A DNA stretch of 64,000 bases from Candidatus Omnitrophota bacterium (GCA_018817165.1 JAHITY010000072.1:49164-113163), one strand, 5' to 3'; counted from the stretch's first letter, positions 50,914 through 60,971 are shown. The notes: generated by a model from the sequence alone, not told the origin. Program-made: numbers and translations.

Positions 50914-52119
50914 ATGGAAAAATTTAAGTATGATGCCCGTGATAAAGCCGGTAATAGTGTAAGCGGAATAGAACAGGCGGCTAATCGCAATCAAGTTTTG
51001 TCTAAACTGCGTCAATCAGGGCTGTTTCCGATAAACATTGAAGAAGTCTCAGGACATAATATAATAATCAAAAAAAACAAACTGCGGCTTAATGATAATG
51101 AAACAGTGTTTTTTACCCGGCAGCTTTCAAATCTTTTAGACGCAGGACTGCCTTTAGCCCAAGCTTTGAATCTCCTGACTAATCAAGCAAATAATCCTAA
51201 AATAAAAAATATATGTTCTAAATTATACACTAAGATTTCTGAAGGCGGGTATCTTTGGGAAGCATTGGGTAAGTATCCGGATGTTTTTTCTCGCGCCTAT
51301 GTCGGAATGGTTCGGGCCGCGGAAATGGGCGGCGATGTGGAAAGTGTGTTTAGCAATCTTGCTGATTTTATTGAACGGAAAAAAGAAGTCAAGGATTCGG
51401 TGATTTCAATGCTTATTTATCCAGTGATTATTTTGCTGGTAGGTATGGGCACGGTAATTTTTTTAATGACATTTATAATCCCGAAAATGGTTTTTATGTT
51501 TCAGGAGGGAGATATAGCCTTACCGGTGATCACAAAGCTTTTGATTGGCGCGAGTATGTTTTTAGCGGATTATTGGATGGGGCTTATTATTTTCGCAATT
51601 TTGATTTTGGGGGGATTGGGGAAAATTTATTCACAAACAAAAAACAAATTAATTCTGGATAATTTTGTTTATAAATTACCTTTAATCGGAGAAATACTGA
51701 GAAAAATAGCATTTGCCCGGTTTTGCTATATTGTCAGTCTTTTATCCGCTAATGGAATGTCAATTCTGGATTGTCTGGATATTAGCCGCGATGTTCTTCC
51801 GAATAAAATGCTCAAAGATTCGGTTGATGCGATAATAAGCCGAGTAAAGAGCGGCAGTTCTTTTTCAGTCAGTATGAAGCAGGAAACTATTTTTCCTCTG
51901 GTTATGGTGGATATGATCGCGGTAGGAGAACAAACCGGACGTTTAGAAAAAACTCTGCGGAAAGTCGCTGATTCGTTTGATAAACAAATAAAAGAAGACC
52001 TAAGGCGGCTGCTGAATGTCTTAGAGCCAATGATAATATTATTTATCGCGTTTATAGTCGGCGCATTGGTCGCGGCTGTGCTGCTTCCGATTTTTCAATT
52101 TAACCTCCAGACATTCTAA
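50914..52119 (+). CDS. gspF: GspF/PilC inner-membrane platform protein
   Basis: FTRQLSNLLDAGLPL, VGEQTGRLE, LEPMII. Confidence 0.95.
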   Translation: MEKFKYDARDKAGNSVSGIEQAANRNQVLSKLRQSGLFPINIEEVSGHNIIIKKNKLRLNDNETVFFTRQLSNLLDAGLPLAQALNLLTNQANNPKIKNICSKLYTKISEGGYLWEALGKYPDVFSRAYVGMVRAAEMGGDVESVFSNLADFIERKKEVKDSVISMLIYPVIILLVGMGTVIFLMTFIIPKMVFMFQEGDIALPVITKLLIGASMFLADYWMGLIIFAILILGGLGKIYSQTKNKLILDNFVYKLPLIGEILRKIAFARFCYIVSLLSANGMSILDCLDISRDVLPNKMLKDSVDAIISRVKSGSSFSVSMKQETIFPLVMVDMIAVGEQTGRLEKTLRKVADSFDKQIKEDLRRLLNVLEPMIILFIAFIVGALVAAVLLPIFQFNLQTF

Positions 52120-52134
52120 ATGGTAAGTACGGAT

Positions 52135-52497
52135 ATGAAGAAGCGGAATAAAAAAGGATTTACTCTCTTAGAAGTAATGCTGGCTTTATCAATTATCAGT
52201 ATTTCTTTAGTGGTTATTATTAATTCTTTTTCTCAGGCAATTGCCGTCAAATCCGCTGTGTCGAATTATACCAAAGCAATGTTTCTTTCGCAAAAAAAGT
52301 TATTCGAGATCAATATTAACAATCTAAGTACAGTAGAAAAACAAGGGAAATTTATACAACCATTTGAACAATTTAATTGGCAGATTAATTCGGATAGCAC
52401 TAATTTTAGTGAATTGGCTAAAGTCGATTTGACTATTGAATGGAATCAACAGGGAAAATCAAAAAATATCCAGGTTTCGGCGATTATGGAGAAATGA
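52135..52497 (+). CDS. gspI: Minor pseudopilin, GspI-like
   Basis: KG|FTLLEV..AL; size and position. Confidence 0.75.
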   Translation: MKKRNKKGFTLLEVMLALSIISISLVVIINSFSQAIAVKSAVSNYTKAMFLSQKKLFEININNLSTVEKQGKFIQPFEQFNWQINSDSTNFSELAKVDLTIEWNQQGKSKNIQVSAIMEK

Positions 52498-52498
52498 T

Positions 52499-53110
52499 TT
52501 GCTTAAAAAAAGTAGAGCGTTTAGTTTAATCGAATTGCTTTTAGCAACTGCGATAATGGTGATGATATTCGCGGCAGTATATAGCAGCTTTTCTTTGGGA
52601 ATACGGACTTGGAAAAGAGTTAATATTAAAATCGCGAATAATGCGACTGATCTGCTTATTCCTTTAACCAGACAGTTACGCTGCGCTTATCTTGCTCCAG
52701 GGCAGGATCCTGATTTTGTATTTCAAGGCAGTTTGTCAGCAATTAGCTTTGTGTCAACAGCGGTAATAAATGATGATATCTATAGAGACAATGTTACTGA
52801 TTTGCAAAAAGTTTCATGCCGGATCAGGGCTGATGAGGATACAGGACAAAACGCTTTTATTTATGAATCATATGATATCCTGGGGGAAAATAAGGAAAAT
52901 TTTAAGCAAATTAAATTGTCAAATATGATCAAATCTATTTCTTTTGCTTTTTATGATGGAGAAAAATGGCTAAAAGCTTGGAATTCTACTAAGAATTTAC
53001 CTCAGGCAGTAATGATCAGAGCTGATTTTCAAGAGGGAATTTATCAAGATTCTTTTGAAACAGTGGCTCAAATACATTGCGCGAATAAAGGGGTAATGGA
53101 TGATTTATGA
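52499..53110 (+). CDS. gspJ: Minor pseudopilin, GspJ-like
   Basis: RA|FSLIELL, FYDGEKW..W....LPQAV; TTG start with GGAG SD. Confidence 0.8.
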   Translation: MLKKSRAFSLIELLLATAIMVMIFAAVYSSFSLGIRTWKRVNIKIANNATDLLIPLTRQLRCAYLAPGQDPDFVFQGSLSAISFVSTAVINDDIYRDNVTDLQKVSCRIRADEDTGQNAFIYESYDILGENKENFKQIKLSNMIKSISFAFYDGEKWLKAWNSTKNLPQAVMIRADFQEGIYQDSFETVAQIHCANKGVMDDL

Positions 53111-54081
53111 TTAAAAATTTAACCAGACAAAAGGCCTCGGTTTTAATTATTACATTATTTGTAGTGTTTTTTTTATCAGGGATTGCTTTGAGTATTTCTC
53201 AGGCAATGCGGATCAACGCGAAAATTATCAGCCGACATGTTCAGAATCAAAAGTCTTTAAATATCGCTGAGTCAGCAGTTTTACTGGCGCTGGCTGAACT
53301 TAAAACAGATAAAAAAGATAATAATTATGATGCTTTTCAGGATGGCTGGTATGGGAAATTCCAGGAGCGAGCAAAAATCAAAAGTTTTAAATTTAAAAAC
53401 AACGAGAATAGTGATATTGGTAAATATAGCATTAGTATTTCTGATGAGTCCGCTAGAATGAATATTAATACCATATCAGTTGAGATAATCGGTAATCTTA
53501 TAAATCAATTATCTAAAACTGATAATAGCAAACTTATTCAAGCAGTCGCGGATTACAGAATTGATTTAGGCCAAAAACAAATAGTGAAAAGTGTTTATCA
53601 GCTTTTAAAAATAAAGCTAATCGATAAATCAGTGTTTTGGGGTGAAGATACTAATGATAATAATCAATTGGATCCGTGGGAAGATGATCAAGCGGATAGC
53701 CAGCCTGATGATAATGGAAATAATTTTTTAGATTTAGGGGTAAAGGATTTTTTTACAGTATTTACTGATGGGAAGATAAATTTAAACACTGTATCAGAAA
53801 AAGTTCTTTTAAGTTTGCCGGGGATGACTGAGGAAGGGGCTCAGGCAATTATTAATTTTCGAAAAAACCAGCCTTTTGCGAATGAAAAAGATTTGGAGAA
53901 TATTACTTCGATTGGCAAACAGACAAGTCAGTTTATTATGCGCTGGGGTTCAGTGCGTTCGGATATTTTTAGGATTATTGTAACTGCTCAGGCGATTGAT
54001 GCTAAGAACTATAAGCAGATCATCGCGGTTGTCGACCGTTCCCAGTTGCCGATAAAAATTCTTTATTGGAGAGAAAACTGA
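53107..54081 (+). CDS. gspK: Minor pseudopilin GspK
   Basis: ISDESARMNIN, GKINLNT..VL.SLPG, acidic Ca-binding-like insert. Confidence 0.88.
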   Translation: MIKNLTRQKASVLIITLFVVFFLSGIALSISQAMRINAKIISRHVQNQKSLNIAESAVLLALAELKTDKKDNNYDAFQDGWYGKFQERAKIKSFKFKNNENSDIGKYSISISDESARMNINTISVEIIGNLINQLSKTDNSKLIQAVADYRIDLGQKQIVKSVYQLLKIKLIDKSVFWGEDTNDNNQLDPWEDDQADSQPDDNGNNFLDLGVKDFFTVFTDGKINLNTVSEKVLLSLPGMTEEGAQAIINFRKNQPFANEKDLENITSIGKQTSQFIMRWGSVRSDIFRIIVTAQAIDAKNYKQIIAVVDRSQLPIKILYWREN

Positions 54082-54094
54082 AAAAGCAGGGATT

Positions 54095-54117
54095 AGCGTG
54101 TAGCGTTTAGCGTTTAG
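54095..54117 (+). repeat. AGCGNNT heptamer tract
   Basis: agcgtgt-agcgttt-agcgttt-ag after the gspK stop. Confidence 0.7.
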
Positions 54118-54163
54118 GCAAATTAAATTAAGTTAACCGCTAAAAATATAAAAGGATGTTAAT

Positions 54164-55321
54164 ATGATAATACCATGGAAAAATATCTACCGATTTACTG
54201 CTAAATTGCTTAAACAGCCTCAATATGCGATTTGGGTAGCGCTAAAACGCCTGCAGGCATTTTTATCATATTATACCGGGAAAGGGAAAAGTTTTCAGCC
54301 TGAATCAATAACCTTGTTTTTAACCGAGAAATGTAATCTGCGCTGTAAAATGTGCGGGCAATGGGGCGAGAGCGGGGTAACGAAAAATAAAGCTGCTGGC
54401 GATGTTAAAGCAGAACTTGATTTTGAAACTCTCAAGAAGTTCATTGATCAGATAAGCTATTTTAAGCCAAGCATAACTTTATTTGGCGGGGAACCGATGC
54501 TTTATCCCAAATGCGTAGAACTGATAAAGTATATTAAAAATAAAAAAATGCATGTATTAATGATCACTAATGCCGCATTGATCAAGGGGAAAGCCGCGGA
54601 GCTAGTTGAGTCCGGCTTGGATGAGCTGAATGTTTCTTTAGATGGTCCTCGAGATCTGCATGATCAGATTAGAGGATTGCCCGGATTGTTTGAGACAATT
54701 ACTGCGGGGCTAAAAAAAGTTCAGGCATATAAAAAAGCAAAAAAACTTAAATTTCCGTTGATTAATCTGCAATGTACAATTACTAAATATAATTATTTGC
54801 AATTGGAAAAAATGATTGAGGTGGCTGAGGATATTGGGGCTAATTCATTAACTTATCATAATCTGATTTTTGTCAATCAAGATTTAATTGAAAAACAAAA
54901 GGTTTATGATCATCAATTAAAATGCTCATCAGATAATTGGAAAGGGTTTGTTTTTGCCCCGGAAATAGATTCAGATATACTTTATGATAAAATGCAGCTC
55001 ATTTTAAACAGAAAATATTCTTTTAGTGTGGACTTCTACCCTAATCTGAGCAGAGATGGATTGAAGGATTATTATAATAATCCTTCGTATCTGCCGGATG
55101 AATATCCTAAACGTTGTTTGAGTCCATGGGTATGTGCTTATGTTTTTCCCGATGGGGGGGTAAGACCTTGTCTTAATTCTACTTATGCTTTTGGAAATAT
55201 TAACAATGAAAAGTTTAATGCTATCTGGAATAGCCGTAAAGCGGTGGAATATCGCCAAATATTAAAGAAAAATAAATTATTCGCCACATGCATAAGGTGT
55301 ACAGAATTATATAGATATTGA
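54164..55321 (+). CDS. Radical SAM protein with a truncated SPASM (twitch-like) domain
   Basis: CNLRCKMC, FGGEP, CLSPW..VRPC..CIRC. Confidence 0.9.
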   Translation: MIIPWKNIYRFTAKLLKQPQYAIWVALKRLQAFLSYYTGKGKSFQPESITLFLTEKCNLRCKMCGQWGESGVTKNKAAGDVKAELDFETLKKFIDQISYFKPSITLFGGEPMLYPKCVELIKYIKNKKMHVLMITNAALIKGKAAELVESGLDELNVSLDGPRDLHDQIRGLPGLFETITAGLKKVQAYKKAKKLKFPLINLQCTITKYNYLQLEKMIEVAEDIGANSLTYHNLIFVNQDLIEKQKVYDHQLKCSSDNWKGFVFAPEIDSDILYDKMQLILNRKYSFSVDFYPNLSRDGLKDYYNNPSYLPDEYPKRCLSPWVCAYVFPDGGVRPCLNSTYAFGNINNEKFNAIWNSRKAVEYRQILKKNKLFATCIRCTELYRY

Positions 55322-55326
55322 AAAGC

Positions 55327-55356
55327 AGCGTATAGCGATTAGCGTTTAGCGGTTAG
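55327..55356 (+). repeat. AGCGNNT heptamer tract
   Basis: Four units directly after the stop codon. Confidence 0.7.
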
Positions 55357-55474
55357 GGAAATCGAAGGACGAGGGATGATCGCTGCGCTAGGACGCAAAA
55401 GCAGTTATGAGTTACTAGTTAAAAGCAGAAAAGCAAAAAAGCGCTTGGCTTATGTGCAAAGAAATTGTGTGCAT

Positions 55475-55603
55475 GGCAAAAACACGTCTTTTCGCTAAGC
55501 CTGAGCCTGCATCGTGCAGTCTCAGCCGCGCGTTCTCACTATTTTGACTTCCATGTCAAAATTACGTTCGAAAGCGCCGCTCAAAGAGAATTTTTGCCCA
55601 GCG
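55475..55603 (+). repeat. Structured repeat family B, copy 2
   Basis: Near-identical to 48185-48313. Confidence 0.92.
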
Positions 55604-55716
55604 TATTGACTATGGACCATCAGCCATCGACTATTAGCTATAAGTATAGAGAACATAAAGCAGAAAAGCATGAAAAGCGAACTTTGCGAAAGATGATTGG
55701 GAAATTTTAAAGGATA

Positions 55717-56880
55717 TTGATGAAGAAAATAAAAGTTGCTCAGGTCATTACCCGGATGGATTGGGGAGGGTCTCCGGATATCGTGCGGATATTAACTCAA
55801 TATCTGGATAAGAGTAGGTTTGAGGTCAGTTTTATTTGCGGTCCAAGTTCATTTCCTACCGCAAAAACTCAAATTTTCTTTAAAAAAATTAAAGATAATC
55901 TGATCGAGGTAAACAGTTTGCGCCGTGATATAAATCCGATTATTGATTTGATTGGGTTTGTAAAATTGTATTTTATTTTCAAAAAACATAAATTTGATAT
56001 TGTGCATACGCATACAGCTAAGGCGGGAGCTTTGGGCAGATTGGCTGCTTTTTTCGCCGGAGTAAAAGTTATTGTGCATACATCGCATGGTCATAATTTT
56101 TATGGCTACTTTAATCCGCTGATGAGTAAGTTTATTGTTTTGATTGAAAGGTTCCTAAGTAGTTTTACCAGTAAAATAATCGCGTTAACAGAACTTGAAA
56201 AAAAGGATTTGGTTGAGTTTGGCGTTTGCCAGGATGGAAAAATTGAAGTGATTAATACGGTAATAGAAGTAAATGCCGAATTTAAAGAAGATAAATCAAT
56301 AACAGTAAAGCATGATTTAGGTTTTTCCAAAGAAGATATTATTATTGGTATGGTGGGAAGATTGGAGCCGATTAAAGGTTTGGAATGTTTTATTCAAGCC
56401 GCGATAATGATCGCTAAAAAATTTTCCAAAGTTCATTTTGTTCTAGTGGGAGAAGGAAGCCTTAGGGAATCGCTTGAGGCGAATATCGCTGGGCAAAACC
56501 TAAGTAAGCGATTCACCTTTACCGGGTGGCAGGATGATCCATTGTCCTATATGCAGGCAATGGATATGCTGGTTTTGGCATCTTTAAATGAAGCGGTAGG
56601 GCTTGTGCTTATTGAGGCACAAAGCATGGGAGTGCCGGTTATTGCCACAAAGGTCGGTGGGGTGCCGGAAATTGTCAAAGACGGGAAAAGCGGGATATTA
56701 GTTGAGCCTGGTAGTCCGGCGGAATTGGTCGCGGCAATGGAGAAATTAATTAGCAATTCTACCCAACGCCGAGAAATGGGTAAATACGCAAAAAAAAATA
56801 TAAGTGAAAAATATTCAGTTAATGCATTTATTAATAATATCAGTCAAACATATGAACAGTTAATCCAGGCAAAGGATTAG
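55717..56880 (+). CDS. GT4 family glycosyltransferase
   Basis: HTHTAKAG, GRLEPIKG, NEAVGLVLIEA. Confidence 0.92.
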   Translation: MMKKIKVAQVITRMDWGGSPDIVRILTQYLDKSRFEVSFICGPSSFPTAKTQIFFKKIKDNLIEVNSLRRDINPIIDLIGFVKLYFIFKKHKFDIVHTHTAKAGALGRLAAFFAGVKVIVHTSHGHNFYGYFNPLMSKFIVLIERFLSSFTSKIIALTELEKKDLVEFGVCQDGKIEVINTVIEVNAEFKEDKSITVKHDLGFSKEDIIIGMVGRLEPIKGLECFIQAAIMIAKKFSKVHFVLVGEGSLRESLEANIAGQNLSKRFTFTGWQDDPLSYMQAMDMLVLASLNEAVGLVLIEAQSMGVPVIATKVGGVPEIVKDGKSGILVEPGSPAELVAAMEKLISNSTQRREMGKYAKKNISEKYSVNAFINNISQTYEQLIQAKD

Positions 56881-56882
56881 AT

Positions 56883-58394
56883 ATGGGAGAAAAGAAGAAT
56901 TCAAAATTAAAAACGCTTATTCGCATAATTAGTTTGACGATGCTGTTTGGGGTAAGTATTGGGCCAAAAGTTGTTTTTAGTCAAGAACAACAGTATGTGC
57001 AAGTTCCGGCTTTGATCCACATCAGCTCGAATGTCAGTGATGGGCGTTATGCGCCAGAACAAATCATTGATATTGCGGTTAAAGCAGGCTTTAAGGTTGT
57101 AGTTTTTACTGAACGGGAAGTTATGCGCTGGGAGTACGGCATATGGCCTTTAAGAAGAATATTGAAAAAAGTGATTAAAAATAATTCTTTAGAAACATAT
57201 GGAATAAAGAATTATTTAAAAAAAATAAATGATCTGCAAGCTATAAATCCGAATGTATTATTAGTCCCTGGGATTGAATCAACGCCTTTTTACTATTGGA
57301 GCGGCAGTGTTTTTAAGCATGATTTCACGCTGCATAATGCGCATAAACATTTGCTTGTTTTAGGTCTTAATACAGTAAAAGATATAAAAAAAATGCCAAT
57401 TGTGGCTAATCCGCATACGCTGATCAAAGCTTTTAAACTTTCAGATTTGTTAAAGCTATGGCCCGGATTATTTCTGGCTTTAGGATTAATCCTGGTTTTA
57501 ATAAACAGCCAGAAAACATTCCGGAATTCTTTGGAAAAACAGGAGTCTGCGCAGCGGAAAATTTTTGGCATAATAATTTCCGTAATCAGTATTTTGTTTT
57601 TAATTAATAATTTCCCGTTTAGAGAATCATTATTTGATCAGTATCATGGGGATGCAGGAGTTTTGCCTTATCAAAATATGATTGATTATATTAATCAAAA
57701 AAATGGTCTTGTTTTCTGGGCGCACCCGGAATCGGAGAATGTATCGCAAACTGAACATGTGAAAATTTCTACAAAAGAACACACACAAGATTTTTACGCG
57801 ACAAAAGATTATACAGGGTTTAATGTGTTTTATGATGGTTATAATAATATCGGCAGGCCGGAAAAACTCTGGGATCGGGTATTGCTTGAATATGTTCAAG
57901 GAAAGCGGAGCAAGCCTGTCTGGGCGATTGGCGGCTTGGCTTTTGATTTTAGCGGTGATCTGAAGCAGGCAGTAAAGGATCTGCGAAACATTGTTTTGCT
58001 GGATAGTTTTAGCAATCAAAGCTTTATGCAGGCTTTGAACAGCGGTAAAGTATATGTTGTCAGAGGCCTTAGGTCAGAGAATTTTGTACTTGATGATTTT
58101 TCTGTTTATGATCCGGTTTCCGGGCAAAGCCGGATAATGGGGCAAAGCTTAAAACCCAGCAGCGCGCAAGTAATGGTAAAGATAAAAGGGGAGTTTAAGG
58201 TCGATGCAGCGGATAATCTCCTGAGTATTCATTTGATTAAAAATGGAGAAATAATCAAGACTTTTAAAACCAGCGGTAGTTTTGAAATAGAATATCCAGA
58301 TGATCTTAATGATTTCAATAATAAAGCGTTCTACCGGATAGAAATAAGATCACATGGATTACATGTAATTGCTAATCCGATTTTTCTGAAATAA
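56883..58394 (+). CDS. Exported/membrane PHP-domain-like protein with an inserted TM hairpin
   Basis: IHISSNVSDG, PGIE, HLLVLG, FWAHP; two internal TM helices. Confidence 0.6.
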   Translation: MGEKKNSKLKTLIRIISLTMLFGVSIGPKVVFSQEQQYVQVPALIHISSNVSDGRYAPEQIIDIAVKAGFKVVVFTEREVMRWEYGIWPLRRILKKVIKNNSLETYGIKNYLKKINDLQAINPNVLLVPGIESTPFYYWSGSVFKHDFTLHNAHKHLLVLGLNTVKDIKKMPIVANPHTLIKAFKLSDLLKLWPGLFLALGLILVLINSQKTFRNSLEKQESAQRKIFGIIISVISILFLINNFPFRESLFDQYHGDAGVLPYQNMIDYINQKNGLVFWAHPESENVSQTEHVKISTKEHTQDFYATKDYTGFNVFYDGYNNIGRPEKLWDRVLLEYVQGKRSKPVWAIGGLAFDFSGDLKQAVKDLRNIVLLDSFSNQSFMQALNSGKVYVVRGLRSENFVLDDFSVYDPVSGQSRIMGQSLKPSSAQVMVKIKGEFKVDAADNLLSIHLIKNGEIIKTFKTSGSFEIEYPDDLNDFNNKAFYRIEIRSHGLHVIANPIFLK

Positions 58395-58550
58395 TAAATC
58401 AGGTTCAATGGAATAACGGGTATTTTTCTGTTTATTAGCTTAAGACTTATGGTATAATAAATCAAATAAAATTTTGGATAATATAATCAGAATAAAAGTT
58501 ATTTTTTAGCAAATCGACAAAGAGTTTGCAGTTAAAATACAAGGAAATCA

Positions 58551-59252
58551 ATGATTCTTTCAGCGCATCAACCTCAATATCTGCCTTGGCTTGGATATTT
58601 TGACAAGATTGATAAAAGTGATTGCTTTGTTTTTTTGGATACTGTACAATATAAAAAGAGGGAATTCCAAAATCGCAATAAAATTCGCACCCAAACAGAT
58701 TCTATTTGGTTGACTGTACCAGTAAAGACAAAAGGGGCTAGCCTGCAAAGGTTAAGTGATGTGCAGATTGACAATGAAATAGATTGGCAAAAAGAGCATA
58801 TTAATAGTCTGCAAACTTGGTATGCCGCAGCTCCTTATTTTAGTGATTATTTTTCTTTTTTTAAAGCTGTTTATTCTGAGAAATGGGAAAAATTAATTGA
58901 CTTAAATATTCATATTATTAAGTTTATTTTAGATGTTCTGAATATTAAAACTAAAATTTACCTTGAGTCAGAGATAAAAACAACAAATGTAAGCACTTTG
59001 AGAATAATTGAACTGTGCAAAAAGCTTGAGGCAGATACTTATTTATCAGGGATTGGCGGTAAAGAATATTTAGATATTGCTGAATTTACGAAAAGTAGAA
59101 TTGATTTGGAGTATCAGAATTTTGGGCATCCTAATTATTTGCAGCAGTTTACATCGGAGAAAAAGGATTTTTATCCATATATGTCGATAGTGGATCTATT
59201 GTTTAATGCTGGTCCAAAAAGTATGGAAATATTAAGAAAAAAGATTAGCTAA
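58551..59252 (+). CDS. WbqC-family protein
   Basis: HQPQYLPWLGYF, NRNKI, YLSG.GGK.Y, MSIVDLLFN. Confidence 0.92.
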   Translation: MILSAHQPQYLPWLGYFDKIDKSDCFVFLDTVQYKKREFQNRNKIRTQTDSIWLTVPVKTKGASLQRLSDVQIDNEIDWQKEHINSLQTWYAAAPYFSDYFSFFKAVYSEKWEKLIDLNIHIIKFILDVLNIKTKIYLESEIKTTNVSTLRIIELCKKLEADTYLSGIGGKEYLDIAEFTKSRIDLEYQNFGHPNYLQQFTSEKKDFYPYMSIVDLLFNAGPKSMEILRKKIS

Positions 59253-59272
59253 AATTAAAACCAAGGAAGGTT

Positions 59273-60088
59273 ATGTACGAATCACATTGGGGATTATCCA
59301 AAAAACCATTTGAAAATACTCCTGATCCTAATTTTCTTTATCATTCTCCACAACATGAAGAAGGTTTGTCAAGATTGCTGTATGTTGTTAGCGAAGGTAA
59401 AGGGGCGGGATTGCTTACCGGAGTTTTTGGCTGCGGTAAAACTTTAATTGGCCAGACTTTGTTTAAAGAGCTTGACCGGGATATTTATAAAACCGCTTTT
59501 ATTGCCAATCCTTTCTTGACTTATTCTGAACTGCTGATGCATATTACCTATAGTCTCGGGGCTAGAGATTTGCCGAAAAACAAGCAGGATGTTTTGGTTA
59601 ATGTGGTGCTGGAGCGTTTAGGGGAAATTCTGGAAAATAATATGCGTGATGGTAAAAAAACTGTGGTGGTTATTGATGAAGCGCATGTTATTACTGATCT
59701 AAGAGTTTGGGAAGAATTAAGATTGCTTTTAAATTTTCAGATTGAAAATCAATTTTTACTAACGCTTTTAATTCTGGGACAGCCGGAACTAAAGGCGATT
59801 ATTGATTCGAATAAGCAGTTTTCTCAGCGGCTGGCAGTTAAATATCATTTAGGGCCTCTGACCGAAGAAGAGACAAAAGATTATATTAGTCATCGCTTAA
59901 ATATCGCTGGGGCTAATCAATCAATTTTTGCCCAAGGAACTGATAAGCTTATTTTTAAGAAAACCGGGGGTATTCCCCGGAGAATAAATCATTTGTGCGA
60001 TTTGGCATTATTTGCCGGCTTTGGTAAAAACGCCAAGGTTGTCGATGAAAACTTGATCAATGAAGTAAGTGCTGATGTGGAGAGTTAA
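59273..60088 (+). CDS. ExeA/GspA-family AAA ATPase (no C-terminal peptidoglycan-binding domain)
   Basis: PFENTPDP.FLY, G..GCGKT, IDEAH, LGQPEL, GGIPRRIN. Confidence 0.9.
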   Translation: MYESHWGLSKKPFENTPDPNFLYHSPQHEEGLSRLLYVVSEGKGAGLLTGVFGCGKTLIGQTLFKELDRDIYKTAFIANPFLTYSELLMHITYSLGARDLPKNKQDVLVNVVLERLGEILENNMRDGKKTVVVIDEAHVITDLRVWEELRLLLNFQIENQFLLTLLILGQPELKAIIDSNKQFSQRLAVKYHLGPLTEEETKDYISHRLNIAGANQSIFAQGTDKLIFKKTGGIPRRINHLCDLALFAGFGKNAKVVDENLINEVSADVES

Positions 60089-60096
60089 CATAAAAC

Positions 60097-60126
60097 AGCG
60101 GATAGCGATTAGCGAATAGCGATTAG
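60097..60126 (+). repeat. AGCGNNT heptamer tract
   Basis: Four units after the stop codon. Confidence 0.7.
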
Positions 60127-60183
60127 GAAAAGCAAAAGATAAAACAGGTCATAAAGTCAATGGCTAATGGTCAAGAGTCGATC

Positions 60184-60312
60184 CGCTGGGCAAAAATTCT
60201 CTTTGAGCGGCGCTTTCGAACGTGATTTTGACAAGGATGTCAAAATAGTGAGAACGCGCGGCTGGGCCTGCACGATGCAGGCTCAGGCTTAGTGAAAAGA
60301 CGTGTTTTTGCC
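60184..60312 (-). repeat. Structured repeat family B, copy 3 (inverted)
   Basis: Near-identical reverse complement of 48185-48313. Confidence 0.92.
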
Positions 60313-60353
60313 TCTTGCAAAAAATAACCGGATAGATGCGGGAGGGGTTGTAG

Positions 60354-60971
60354 ATGAATGTTTTAGTTATAGGGGCGCATCCGGATGATATTGAAATAGG
60401 CTGCGGCGGCAGCTTGCTTAAATACGCTCAGGCGGGACATAATGTTTATTTGCTTGTACTTACATCAGGCGAGGTTGGCGGTGACCCGCAGATTCGTTGT
60501 AATGAGCAGGAAGAATCAGCTAAAAATATGGGGGCTAAGCAGGTTTTCTGGGGAAATTTTGAAGATACCAGGCTGATGAATGTTCGGGAACTGATTGATA
60601 GAATTGAAGAAACGATTAATGAAGTCGATCCCCAGGTAGTATTTATAAATTATTTGGAGGATGTGCATCAGGATCATCGAGCTTTGGCAAAAGCTTGTTT
60701 GTCAGCAACCCGCTATATTAAAGAAGTGCTTTATTATGAAGTGCCGACAACTCAGAATTTTAATCCGGAAATTTTTGTGGATATTGGCAGCGTGTTTAAG
60801 CAAAAGCTTAATTTGCTCAGATTGCACGCGTCACAAGTAAATCGGACAAGAGTTGAGGATCTATCGATTCTCGATATTGCTACTTCCATGGCTAATTTTC
60901 GTGGTTTTCAGGCAAGAGTTAAATATGCTGAAGGGTTTTCAGCGGTAAGAGTCTTAAAGGATATTGAATAG
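60354..60971 (+). CDS. PIG-L/LmbE family N-acetylhexosamine deacetylase
   Basis: AHPDDIE, R..E, HQDH, HASQ. Confidence 0.92.
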   Translation: MNVLVIGAHPDDIEIGCGGSLLKYAQAGHNVYLLVLTSGEVGGDPQIRCNEQEESAKNMGAKQVFWGNFEDTRLMNVRELIDRIEETINEVDPQVVFINYLEDVHQDHRALAKACLSATRYIKEVLYYEVPTTQNFNPEIFVDIGSVFKQKLNLLRLHASQVNRTRVEDLSILDIATSMANFRGFQARVKYAEGFSAVRVLKDIE

